From assembly GCA_025362675.1 (NCBI GenBank), contig JANYFN010000054.1, positions 10,563 to 74,562 on the forward strand: 64,000 nucleotides of DNA, written 5' to 3'. Made by a program: the position numbers and the translations under genes. Positions 51,310 through 63,300 of this stretch are shown piece after piece. Source of the DNA: Limisphaerales bacterium (GTDB lineage Bacteria > Verrucomicrobiota > Verrucomicrobiia > Limisphaerales > UBA11358). Each line of letters opens with the position of its first letter. The first letter of the stretch is position 1. Under the pieces are notes generated by a model that worked only from the letters and a program-made list of their open reading frames with translations, was not told the origin of the DNA and did no database searches.

Positions 51310-54300
51310 GTGAAAGCCGAAAATTCAAAGAAGAACCGTCCCGCCACGCGCGGACTTAAGACATTTGCCGCCTGGCTGTTGGTGTTGGCTGCCTTGGTGG
51401 GATCGTCCGCCCGGAACGCCAGCGCGCAGGTGACGAATGATGTTTTTGCCAATGCCTCCGTCATCGCCGGATTGACTGGCACCGTGAATGTGACCAATGG
51501 TCTAGCGACGCTGGAAGCCTGCGAATTGACCAACGTGGTGACGGACGATAATGGGCTGCAGACCCAGGGCGCGACAGTCTGGTATCGCTGGACGGCACCC
51601 AATTACGGCACGGCCACCTTTGATACCATCAACAGTGACTTTGATACCGTGCTGGCGATCTATACCAATGCGACCACCACCAATCTCTGCACTGCCGGGT
51701 TACTTGCTGCGGATGACAATGGGCCAGGCGGGAACACCTATCCTTTTAGTCAGTTATCCTTTGCGGCCGTGCCGGGGACAACGTATTTTATTTCGGTGGG
51801 TGGTAATGGCTTGGTTCCGCCCACGGGAAACATCGCGCTGAACTGGTCGTTGGTGCCCCCGACCATCCCATCCGGAACCTTTTCTTTCACCAGGAGTATT
51901 TATGTCGTTAGCGATCAAGATGCCAACAGTCCGGTGAGCGGCACGGTCGGTGGGACGATTGGCGGCTTCAACGGTGCGCGCGTGACGGTGACCCGCTCCG
52001 GCGGTTCGAGTGGCCGGGTGATGGTGGACGTGGTCGGTGCGGCGGAGACTTACATCAATACTTTTACCACCAACTATTACGGAACGAACACATCTTATAC
52101 CTTCATTGACACCAATGGGATTGGCAATACCACCAATATTATTCAGGCGTTCACCGTCGTTTCCAACTCCTACCAATCCAAAGCCAACGGGACCTTTCTC
52201 TACTATGTCGTGACTAATGCCTACACGAACGTCATCACCCAGATCTATACCGGGGTCGCCACACCGTCGGTCTTTACGGGCACCAATTACCCGCTCGTGA
52301 GCGGGGCGATGTCCCCCGTGCCCGCGACCATTCCAGGAGTAACGAATGGTTTTACGTTTGTGCGCACGGTCAATCAGCCGTTTCCATATACTAATTTTTC
52401 TACGAACTTTACGTTCATCGTCATAAATACAAACGACATCAACACCAACTTTATCGGTTCGGTGAATCCAAACTTTACTTTCGTGGCCCAACCGCCGGTT
52501 GTTGATAGTGGATCGGTTAACGCCCGGGCTGTGACCTTAACCAATCTGGGCCGGGTGGTTTTCCCGCTGATCTCCGTATCGGGACTCGATACTTATACCA
52601 ACCCCACGATTTATTGGACCAACACGTATCAATTGAGTTACTACTATGGTTCTAACACAGTGATCGTTCAGACGGCACCGCCGGGTTTGCCGCTGTTTTT
52701 TACCAACGCCTTCTATACAAACTATGTCTATACGAACTTCAGCTCTTTGGTCTATGCTGTCTATACCAATAGCGGTCTGGGGTTGACGGTCACCAACACG
52801 TTTGCCAACAATGCGGTAAACTACAATTCTGGCGTTACTAATTTCACCTTTAACGAGAGCGACAATGTCGGGCCCGCAAATACTTTCATCACCACGTCAC
52901 CGTTGTCTCTCTCAGGCGCCTATCCATCGAATTTTCCGCCCATCGGTTTTTTCAATTTAGGCTTTAGCCGTATTACTGACACTAGTAGCAACATTATCTA
53001 CGCTAGCACTAACTCGTTTCGGAATCCGCCCGTGGTGGCGACCGAAACGGTTAACGCGTCCAGCTCTTTTACGTCTGGGTCGGCGACCTTGACCTTTGAC
53101 GACTATGAGATGAGCAAGGATGTTATTGTCGGAGTTTCGCCGGCGGCGGGCCCGGACTTACCGGTCGTAGCCAACATTCCCAGTGTGCTTCAAGTGTTCC
53201 TTTCTAACCCGCGACTGGATCCGTTGGAATCGGCGGACTTGATTCCGCCGACTATCAGCGGTGGCTCGTCGGAGGTCAGCGCCCTATCGTCATCCTATCC
53301 GCCCGGTCCGTCACTCGTTAACTTTGAGCGCTCAACGTTTACTGTAAACAAGGATGTATCTGGTGGTGCGGCGGTCATTCATGTGCAACGTTCGGGATAC
53401 TCTGGCAATGTTGCGACGGTTGATTATGTCATTAACCCGACGCCGACGCTATCGCCTGGATGGTATCGGCCACCGACTTTCGTGGGCGGTCGCAACCCGG
53501 CCAATACGTATAATTTAGAGGCAGGGTCGGATTATGCGCTGCCTAACAGCGATTTCACGCCGGTTACCGAAACCTTGTCGTGGGGGATTGGCGACACGGC
53601 CGACAAGCTGATCACTATACCCATCCTCAACAACGGGTTGGTCGAAAATAATGCGGATTTTCAGGTGCAGCTCTACAATGCCACGCCGATTCCTTCGACC
53701 AGCGATCCGGGTGGGGCGCTCGGCCAGGTGAACTATGCCACGGTCACGGTGCTGTTTGATAATTTGACTGCTGGCCAGCAACCAGCCGGGGCGGTAGATC
53801 GCAATTGGAACAAGGACAGTGCCGCTGATTCTAATCCTCCGCAATTGCAGTTTCCGGGCACCCAAGGCGGAGTAAGCGGCAGCGCTGCCGGCAATGGCGG
53901 CACGGTCTATGCGGTAGCGGAGCAAACCGATGGCAAGGCGATCGTCGCCGGCAGTTTTATTTCATTTGATTCGCACACTTACAACCGGATTGTCCGTCTA
54001 TTGGGAAATGGCTATCAAGACCCAACGTTTTTAGCGTCGCCGAACAGCGGAGCGAACGGTGGAATTTACGCGGTCGCGGTGCAACCGGATGGAAAAATTG
54101 TAATTGGTGGCGACTTTACCTCCTTCAACGGCGTCAACCGGTATCGGATCGCCCGTTTAAATGCCGATGGGACAGTGGACGGTTCCTTTACGCCAGGTAT
54201 TGGTGCGGATGGCACGGTTAACAGTTTGGTGGTTCGCAACGATGGCAAAGTGGTTATCGGCGGTGACTTCACCACGGTGAACGGCGTGTCATCATCCTAT

Positions 54301-57300
54301 GTGGCCCGGTTGAACGCAGATGGGACTGTAGATACGAACTTCAATGCCGGGGCAACGGTGAACGGCCCGGTGTATGCGTTGGCGGCGGGCGGAGCGACGT
54401 TGGGAAGCCTCGCGGCAACTGGTGGCCAAGCCGAAAATGTTCAGACCCTTAACTTGGGCGCGATTACGTCCGGCACGGTAACCGTTAGTTACAACATTGC
54501 TGGCCAGCCCTCTACATTGCAGGTTTATTACGGCGACCGAAATGGGCTGCCGCTCTACTTCACCGGCCTAGTATCTGGATCTAATACCATCGCGATTCCA
54601 TTCGGCTCGTTCTCAGGCTTTACCACAAACCTGATCACCATTGTAATGAACTCCGGCGGCGGTTCGCCCGGAACTTTATGGACTTACACCGCGAAGGTGA
54701 CGTCGGGCGACAACACCAAGCTTTATATCGGAGGTGCTTTTGACACTGTTGGCGGAGTAGCGGTCGGTGGCGTCGCTCGCTTGAACGATGATGGCTCATT
54801 GGATGCAAACTTCAATCCAGGTATCGGTTGTTACAATCCGGCCACCCTCATTACTGACCCGGTGCAGGCGCTCGCGCTCCAGCCAGATGGCAACTTGCTG
54901 GTGGGCGGATCGTTCTCCTATTTTGACCTCGCAAGTTACAACGGCATCGTCCGGCTGACGCCGGACGGCTCCGTGGACACGACGTTTAACCCTGGCTCTG
55001 GGACTTATGACTTCGTTTATGGTCAGGCCGACACGGTTTACAGCATCGTGCTTCAGTCGGATGGTGGTATTTTCATTGGTGGTGATTTTTCACAGTTCAA
55101 CCAGACACGCCGTTGGGGTCTGGCGCGCTTGTTCAATGACGGCAGCGTGGACACGAGTTTCATGGACACGGCTTATAATCAATTTGCCGGGTTAGTGAAC
55201 CATTACCACAACGAGAACGCTTTGGGCACGGATTATCCGACGGGTAACCATCGGAATTCGGTGCTGGCCTTGGCGATTGAGCCGGGAACGAGCAATATTA
55301 TTGTTGGTGGCGACTTTTTGCGAGTTGGTGGTGGTTATACGCGCCGTGATATCCATCCGCGCAGCAATGTGGCGCGCTTGATCGGCGGCGTGACTCCGGG
55401 TCCCGGAAACATCCAGTTGACCTATAACAGTTACTCGGTGGATAAGAGTGCTGGAACGCTGTTTGTGTCGCTGGTTCGAACCAACGGTAGTTTGGGGCCG
55501 ATTTCGGCGACCTTCTATACCAACATGGCTGCGCCGGGGCCGGGCGTTGCCAATGCCTCAGACATCACCGTCGCTCCGAATTATTTTAAACCGTTGTGGC
55601 CGACGATCTATTTAGGATCAGGCGCGGTGTTTTCTTGGATGGTTAGTCCCGGTATCTACGGACCGAACTACGCGACCATACCGACTCCCGTGAATAGTTC
55701 GGCCAATGTCTCGCTAACTATCAATAATAACACCAATATCACCGGTGATGTCCGCGCAACCATTGGCTTGTCCAATCCGGACGGATCAACCTTCAAGTTG
55801 GGCGGGGAATACATCGGGTTGTCGCCCGCGCTAGGTTCACAAGCATCGGCACCGTTGACCATTCTGGAAAACAACTTCAAGCCGGGCGTGCTCGGCTTCA
55901 GTTCGCCTACCTTCACCGTCAATCAAAATGCTGGCACGGCCACCATCACCTTGTCGCGGACGAACGGCACGGATGGAATCGTGTCGGTCAACTATGCCAC
56001 CGCCAACGGCACGGCTACCAATGGCATCAACTATACCGCCACCAGCGGCACGCTGACCTTTAACCAAGGTGTGGCTAGCCGCACGTTCACCATTCCCATC
56101 ATTAATAACGTGACAGTGGCGCCGGATAAGACCGTTAAGCTGTTACTTTCGACGGTGACGGGCGGAGCGAAACTCGGCCAGTCCAACGCGGTGCTGACGA
56201 TTATCAATAATAACTTCACGCCCGGCCATGTGAGCTTCACATCGGTGACTTACACGACGAACGAGCCAAATAATACCGGCACGGCTTTGATTTCCGTGAA
56301 CCGGCTCGGCGGCAGTAGCGGCACGCTGGCGGTGACCTTTGCTTCCCGCAACCTTACCGCCACGAACGGGATTCAATTCACCGGTTCCACGAATACCTTA
56401 ACGTGGAACAATGGTGATGTTTCAACCAAGAATATATCTGTGCCGCTGCTGCACGACGGCGTATTCACGCCGGATCTGACAGTGACGCTCCGTTTGTATA
56501 ACGCGATTGTCAACAGCACGCTTAACACAAATGGGTTGGGCTTGAATACTAACGCCACCTTGACGATTGGTAACATAGACTTCCCCGGCACGGTGTCGTT
56601 TACGGCCAACAGTTATTCGGTCAAGAAAAATGCGGGCTTCGCACTCATCCCGGTGGTGCGCACCGGCGGAAGTTCGCAGACGATTTCGGTGAACTACGGC
56701 ACTGCTGATGGCACGGCCTTGTCGCCGACCGAATACACCAGCACCAACGGTTCGTTCACCTTTAACAATGGCGAAGTCAGTAAATTTTTCCAAGTGCCCA
56801 TCATCAACAATCATGGTTCGATCGGGTTGAAACAATTGACGGTTCAACTTACCGGTGGGCCCCTCGGCACGCCTGCGATCGCGACGTTGAACATCATCGA
56901 TAGCGATTCGGTGAACGAAAATCCTGGCACGGATGATACAACCTATAGCTCCACCGCCGGTTTCAATGGCGCGGTGTATGCCTTCGCTTTGCAGACTAAT
57001 AACAACAAGTTAGTGGTCGGTGGCGACTTCACTCAGGCCAACGGCGTGCCGCGCCGGCGCATTGCGCGCTTGAACGCCAACGGCACATTGGATGCTTCCT
57101 TCTCACTGCCTTCAACGGCAATGGGCGTGAATGACGTAGTGCGTGCCGTGGTCGTTCAGTCCGATGGTCGCGTCGTCATTGGTGGCCAATTTACTAACTG
57201 CAACAGCTTGGTCTATAATCGCATCGCCCGCCTCAATCAAGACGGTGGCTTAGACAGTTTGTTCAATGTCGGATCAGGCGCGGATAACCCGGTCTATGCG

Positions 57301-60300
57301 CTCGCGGAAACGTTTGTTGGCGGGAGCCGGAAAATTTTGGTCGGTGGCAGTTTCGGTTCCTTGAACGGGACGACGTTCCATGACATCGGGCGCTTGAACG
57401 ATGATGGCACGCCGGACACCACGTTTAATTCCGGGGGCCTCGGAGCCAATGCCGAGGTGTTTGCCCTCGCGGTGCAGCCGGATGGCAAAATGGTTATCGG
57501 CGGTAATTTTACCAACGTCAATGGCGTGGCGTTAAACCGCATTGCCCGCTTGAATGTGAATGGCTCGGTGGATCCTACCTTCACGCCGGTCACTGGCGCG
57601 AATGATTCCGTGTTAGCGGTCAAGTTACAGTTGGACGGAAAAATTCTGATCGGTGGTGCGTTCACTAATGTCAACGGCCTAGTCTTGAATCACATTGCTC
57701 GCCTAAATAGCGACGGTTCGACCGATGCCAACTTCACGCCCGGTGTCGGCGCAAATGACCTTGTCTCGGCCATTACTTTGCAGTCAGACACGCGCATCGT
57801 GCTGGGCGGTCAGTTCACTCGTTGCAGCGGGGTGGCGCGTTCCCGGATCACCCGCTTGAATCCTGATGGCACGGTGGATCCGTCGATTAACTTTGGTGTG
57901 GGCGCGGATGGGTTTGTCTCGGCCATCGTCATGCAGTCGGATCTGATTGCCGGTTATCCCACCAATGTGCCGGATGAAAAAATCATCATCGGTGGCGGTT
58001 TCACGCACTACAATGGCAACGCGCATCAGCACATCGTCCGCATCTACGGCGGCTCGGTAGGTGGCGTGGGCGCGTTTCAATTTTCCACCTCCGGATATTT
58101 TGCAAACGAAAACGCCTCCAATGCCGTTATCACCGTCATCCGCAGCGGCGGCACGATGGGGACGAACGCGGATGGTTCCGGCAATATCAACGTGCCCTTC
58201 ACCACCTCCGATGATACCGCAGTGGCTGGCATTAATTATCAAAGCGTCGCCACCAACGTTGTATTTGCGATGGGGGAAGTGCAGCAGACCGTCAACATCC
58301 CGCTGATCCACGATTTTGTCATCACGTCCAATCTCGATTTGAATTTACAGTTGAATCCCTTGCCGCCGGCGGATTACGGCAACCAGCCTACGGCCGTGCT
58401 GCACATTGCGAATGTGGACAGCGAGGTGAACCTATCATCGCCATCTTATCAGGTTACCAAAAATGTCATCAACGGCGTGGCCACCATTAATGTTTTACGC
58501 CTCGGCGGCGGCATTGGCGCGGCCTCGGTGATCTTTAACACCACCACGAATGGCACGGCAACGCCGGGATTGGATTACACGCCGGTAACCAACTATCTCG
58601 TGACCTTTAATTCTGGAGTCACCAATGTGGCCGTCAACATTCCAATCATCAACAATTCCTTAGTCGAAGGTTTCCGCACCGTGGGCATCCAATTGACCAG
58701 CCCGGTAAACACCTTGTTATATGCCCCTTCCAACGCCTTGCTGACGATCATTGACACGGTGAACTATCCGGGCCAGCTCGCCTTCTCCGCGCCGAATTAT
58801 AATGTCACTCCGAACGACGCCAATGCCGTTTTGACGGTCATCCGCACTAATGGCACCATCGGCACTCTGACGGTGACTTATCAGACTATCGCCCTGACTG
58901 CGCAACCGGGAGTGGACTATGTGAGCACGAATGGCCAGTTGACCTTCGGCCCCGGCATCGTCAGCCAGAACGTTAATGTGCGTCTGTTGCCTCAGGCCAT
59001 CGTTAAGCCGCCGGTTTTATTTGGTTTGACGCTGACGAATCTGGCAGGTGGTGGCACTTACACCGATCCAAGCAACGCCACGGTTGTGATCTCCAGTTCG
59101 AGCACCAACACGTTCTTATCGTTCGCTGCGCCGACCAACCTTGTGCCGTGGAACACCAGTAACGTGACCCTAACCGTGTTGCGACTCTATAACACCAACG
59201 GGACGGTCACTGTGAATTTTGCCACGACCAACGGCACGGCCATTGCCGGGACAAACTATGTCGCGACCAGCGGCGTCCTAACCTTCACCAACGGCCAGAT
59301 ACAGCAGACTATAGTGGTTCCGCTCATTGCCGACACGCACACGGTTGGCGACCAGACCTTCACGGTCACACTATCCAATCCAAGCAGTGGTGCGCTGTTC
59401 CTACCGCCGAGCAGTGAAACCATAATCATCCGTTATCCCGCCAGTCTGCCCCCTGGTTTTAATAATCCGCAGGTCATCTCTGGCGACTGGGGTTCAACGA
59501 GCGCTGATAATGGTAACGCGCAGGCACTGCTTGGTTCACCGCTGGTATGGTTCGCTTATACAGCGACCAATAGCGGCGAAATCCAATTTGAAACCATCGG
59601 CAGCGTGGATGACCGGTTAGGCATCACTAATCTGGTGACTTACATGGGGGTTTACACCGGGAACAATGTTAGCAATCTGGATACCGTGACGGTCAATGTG
59701 GGGATGTATCCCAACGTTCCATTGCAACAAAATCTGACCGCGCAGAATACATTCGGACTGAGTAGTTTTGCGGGCGTGACAACCCCGGTGGTGTCATCGC
59801 TATCACAAACCTACACCCAACCTTTCATTGGACCGAGCCGGGTATTGTTCAACGCAGTGGCTGGCCAGACTTATAAGATTGCAGTGTTATCTTCGGCTGG
59901 ATTCAACAACAACGTGGCCAGCCCAGCGACGGGCTTGATCAAACTGAACTGGGCGTTCCATCCCTCCGGCGTCTTCCGCTTCGCCTCGGAAGATATTGAT
60001 GCAACCGGCGGCCTCCTTTTCCGAGGTCTAGGGGTGACGCAAACTTCAGGCCTGACTTATTCCAACGGCTTGCCAATGTTGCTCTATCGCGTTTCCGAAA
60101 CGGAAGCGAGCCGCCGTCCCACGGGTAATTTAAATGCCGACCAATTCAACTCAACGATCCATGGCACGACGTATCCGGGTGGCGGAAAGTTTGAATATGT
60201 TTTCGATGTTCCTGGTTTGTTGGTCACGGTGACGCGCGTCGCCGGTTCCTCCGGCCGCGTGCAGGTCGGCTATAAGACACAGGACATCACGACCAATTCA

Positions 60301-63300
60301 AGTTTGATGGGCACCAACGGCTATCTGGTCAACGGTGATTTGCCAGCTTCCGCTGGGCTCGGTTTCACTAACAATTTGGGCCAGGTATTCACTTTATCGG
60401 GGGATTACACGCCGGTCAGCGGCACCCTGACCTTTGATGATTCTGAAATGAGTAAGACTATCTTCGTTCCGATAGCGGATGACTTTGGCCAGCCGAGCCA
60501 AAACCGGGATTTTCTCATCACCCTGACCAACGCGATGCTGGATGTCGGGGACTCTGCGTCCTTGGTGCAACCGCCGCGCTTGGATCAGACCTTCAGCACT
60601 GCGGTGGTGCGGATTCTAGACACCGATGTCAGCCCGCAAGGGTTCTCGCAAACTTCGGTCGTAGTCACCAATGTCATTGGTTTCCCGGCGGTGACGAACA
60701 TCGCCACCAACATAGTTTGGAATGCCCAGCCGACGAACGGCGTGTTCAATTTCCAGAAGGCTCACTACCGGGTGACACGCGACATTTCAGATCATTGGGG
60801 CAGCACACCCATCACGGTCTATGTCAATCGTATGGGCACCAACAACGCCGCGTCGCCCACGATTCATTGGCGCGTTAATAATCAATATCTGGCCAATAAT
60901 TCTGCCGACTTGATCAATGGTCAATTCCCGCTCCAACCGGGTTCAGATTACGCTACGCCGACGCCCATGAATAATGCTGGCTACTTGGGATTGGTTTCCG
61001 ATTTCCAATTCTCGGCCAACAGCGGCACGATTAGTTTTCCGGGTGGCAATGGTGCGTTTAATCCGCAACCGATTACTTTTAGCATCATTAACAATGGGCT
61101 GCAGCAGTTCAATGAGGACTTCATCATCAGCCTGTATTACGAGGATTCCAACGGCGGCACGCACCCTGTCGGCATGGTGGATCAAACGACCGTTACGATT
61201 TTGACCGATGATAATCATCCGCCCGCCGGGTCGGTGGATCAGTATCATAACTCGGATTTTAGTTACAACATGCTGGCCATCCATCCGACCGTGCCGCCGC
61301 AGCAGGCGCGTCCCGGAACGGACGGCGAAGTCCTTGGGCTGGTGGTCCAGCCGGATAATAAGACGGTAGTGGTCGGTGATTTCTTCACCTATGACACGGT
61401 CGGTAGAAATTGCATCGCCCGGGCTAACACTGATGGTTCGCTGGATACGACCTTTGATCCCGGCTCCGGCGCGAATTCGTTCATCAGCAGTGTGGTCTTG
61501 CTAAGCAACGGTCAATTTCTCATCGGTGGTGATTTCACCTCCTACAACGGTTCGCTACGCAACGGGCTAGCGCTCTTGAACAGCAATGGTTCGGTGGATC
61601 CGACCTTTGCGCCGGGACAAGGATTTAATGGCACCGTGTTTGCGCTGGTGCAACAGCCGGATGGAAAAATTCTGGCGGGTGGCGACTTTACCACATACAA
61701 CGGTGCGCCGCGCAGCTATGTGGCCCGCTTGAACTTGGATGGAACATTGGATACCTCGTTTGATCCTGGCACTAATCTGAACGCGTCCGTCAATGCCATT
61801 GGTTTGCAAGCCAGCGGCCAGGTCATTCTTGGTGGTGATTTCACCCAAGCGGGGGGAGTGGTCGGGCAGAACTATCTTACTCGTCTGAACACGAACGGCC
61901 TATTTGATGCGGCCTTTGATCCCGGCTCCGGGGCCAACGCTCCTGTGCTATCCCTCGGCATTCAGCCGGATGACAGCATTGTGCTCGGCGGCAGTTTCAC
62001 CCAGTTGAATGGCCGAAGCCAGAACCACATTGCGCGTTTGAGCGCGAACGGATTTACGGATGGTAATTTCTTCTCAGGCACCGGCGTGGACGGTCCAGTG
62101 TATAGCATCACCATCAACACGAACGCCATTTTCTCGACCGGTCCCAATACCAATGCTCCGGTGATTACTAACTTGACGATTTATATTGGTGGTGCGTTTA
62201 CGGAGTTTAATAATACGCATCGCTTGGGCTTTGCCCGTTTGAACAGTGAAGGCACCTTGGATACCACCTTCCTGGACACGGCCTACAACCAGTTTGCCGG
62301 CCTGCCGCGCGAACGCTACACTGATCCATTGGGAACGGTGTTGGCTGCCGGTATTCAAACCGACGGCAATGTGATGATTGGTGGCAGCTTTGAACGTGTC
62401 GGTGGCGGTCAGTCGGACGATTATGATGTCCGTCCCGAAAGCACGGACATCGCCAACTTGATCGCGGCGACGAATTCAATCAATTCCTCCACCTACGGTT
62501 ATTCGTCCGTGCAAAAGACCCGCACGGGTATTCGCAACCGCAATAACGTGGCACGACTAATCGGCGGGGCTACGCCGGGGCCGGGAAATATTGGCCTTCT
62601 GAACAGTAGTTACTCCATCAACAAGAGCCAGACACCGATGCTGGTCAGTCTCATCCGGAGCAACGGCACGCTGGGGCCGGCCACGGCAAACTTCTCTGTG
62701 CTGTCGGGCTTGGCTCAAAGCGGCTTGGATTATAGTTTTTCCAGTGTGGCTCCGACTTATTGGATATCTTGGCAGTATGAGAACGCCTCGGGACGGATGC
62801 ACAGCGATGGTCTATATGGAACGAACGGATCAGTTCAAGACCTATACAATCGTTTTGTGGTTGGTGTCAACCCCTACGATTTGGGCACTGTCTCGGTGGA
62901 TATTCTGAACAGTTCAAACAGTTTCAATAACCTGACTGCGCGGTTCCAGATGTCTGATCCGATCGGTGCTGATCAATTCTATCTTGGCGGCGAAGACGTG
63001 CCGCTGGGTGTGGCCTTGGGCCAGTCGCTCGCGCCGATGACCTTGATTGATGACCACCACCAATCCGGCGTCTTTGGATTTTCCACGAGCAACTATGTGG
63101 GCAGCGGTGCGAGCGCGACGCTGACCGTGAACCGCACCAATGGCACTTTTGGCGTGGTCTCCATGAGTTACTCCACCTTTACCAATGCCAGCACAGCCAT
63201 TGCGAACAGCGATTATATCCCGACCAGCGGCATCTTGTCCTTCAACGCTGGAGTCACGAGCCAGAACTTCAACATTCAGTTGCTGAACACTAATTACAAC

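Noticed and set aside
51297-51359. ATG at 51297 as the start of the giant gene
   Set aside because: That frame hits TAA after 20 codons (..ACT TAA at ~51357). The GTG at 51310, with an upstream GGAG, is in the long open frame and yields a proper signal peptide.
51754-52491. 245-aa minus-strand ORF, and about 25 further minus-strand or off-frame ORFs listed between 51.3 and 64 kb
   Set aside because: All lie inside the single open plus-strand frame-1 reading that encodes recognisable Calx-beta and propeller repeats. None has a motif or a signal of its own.
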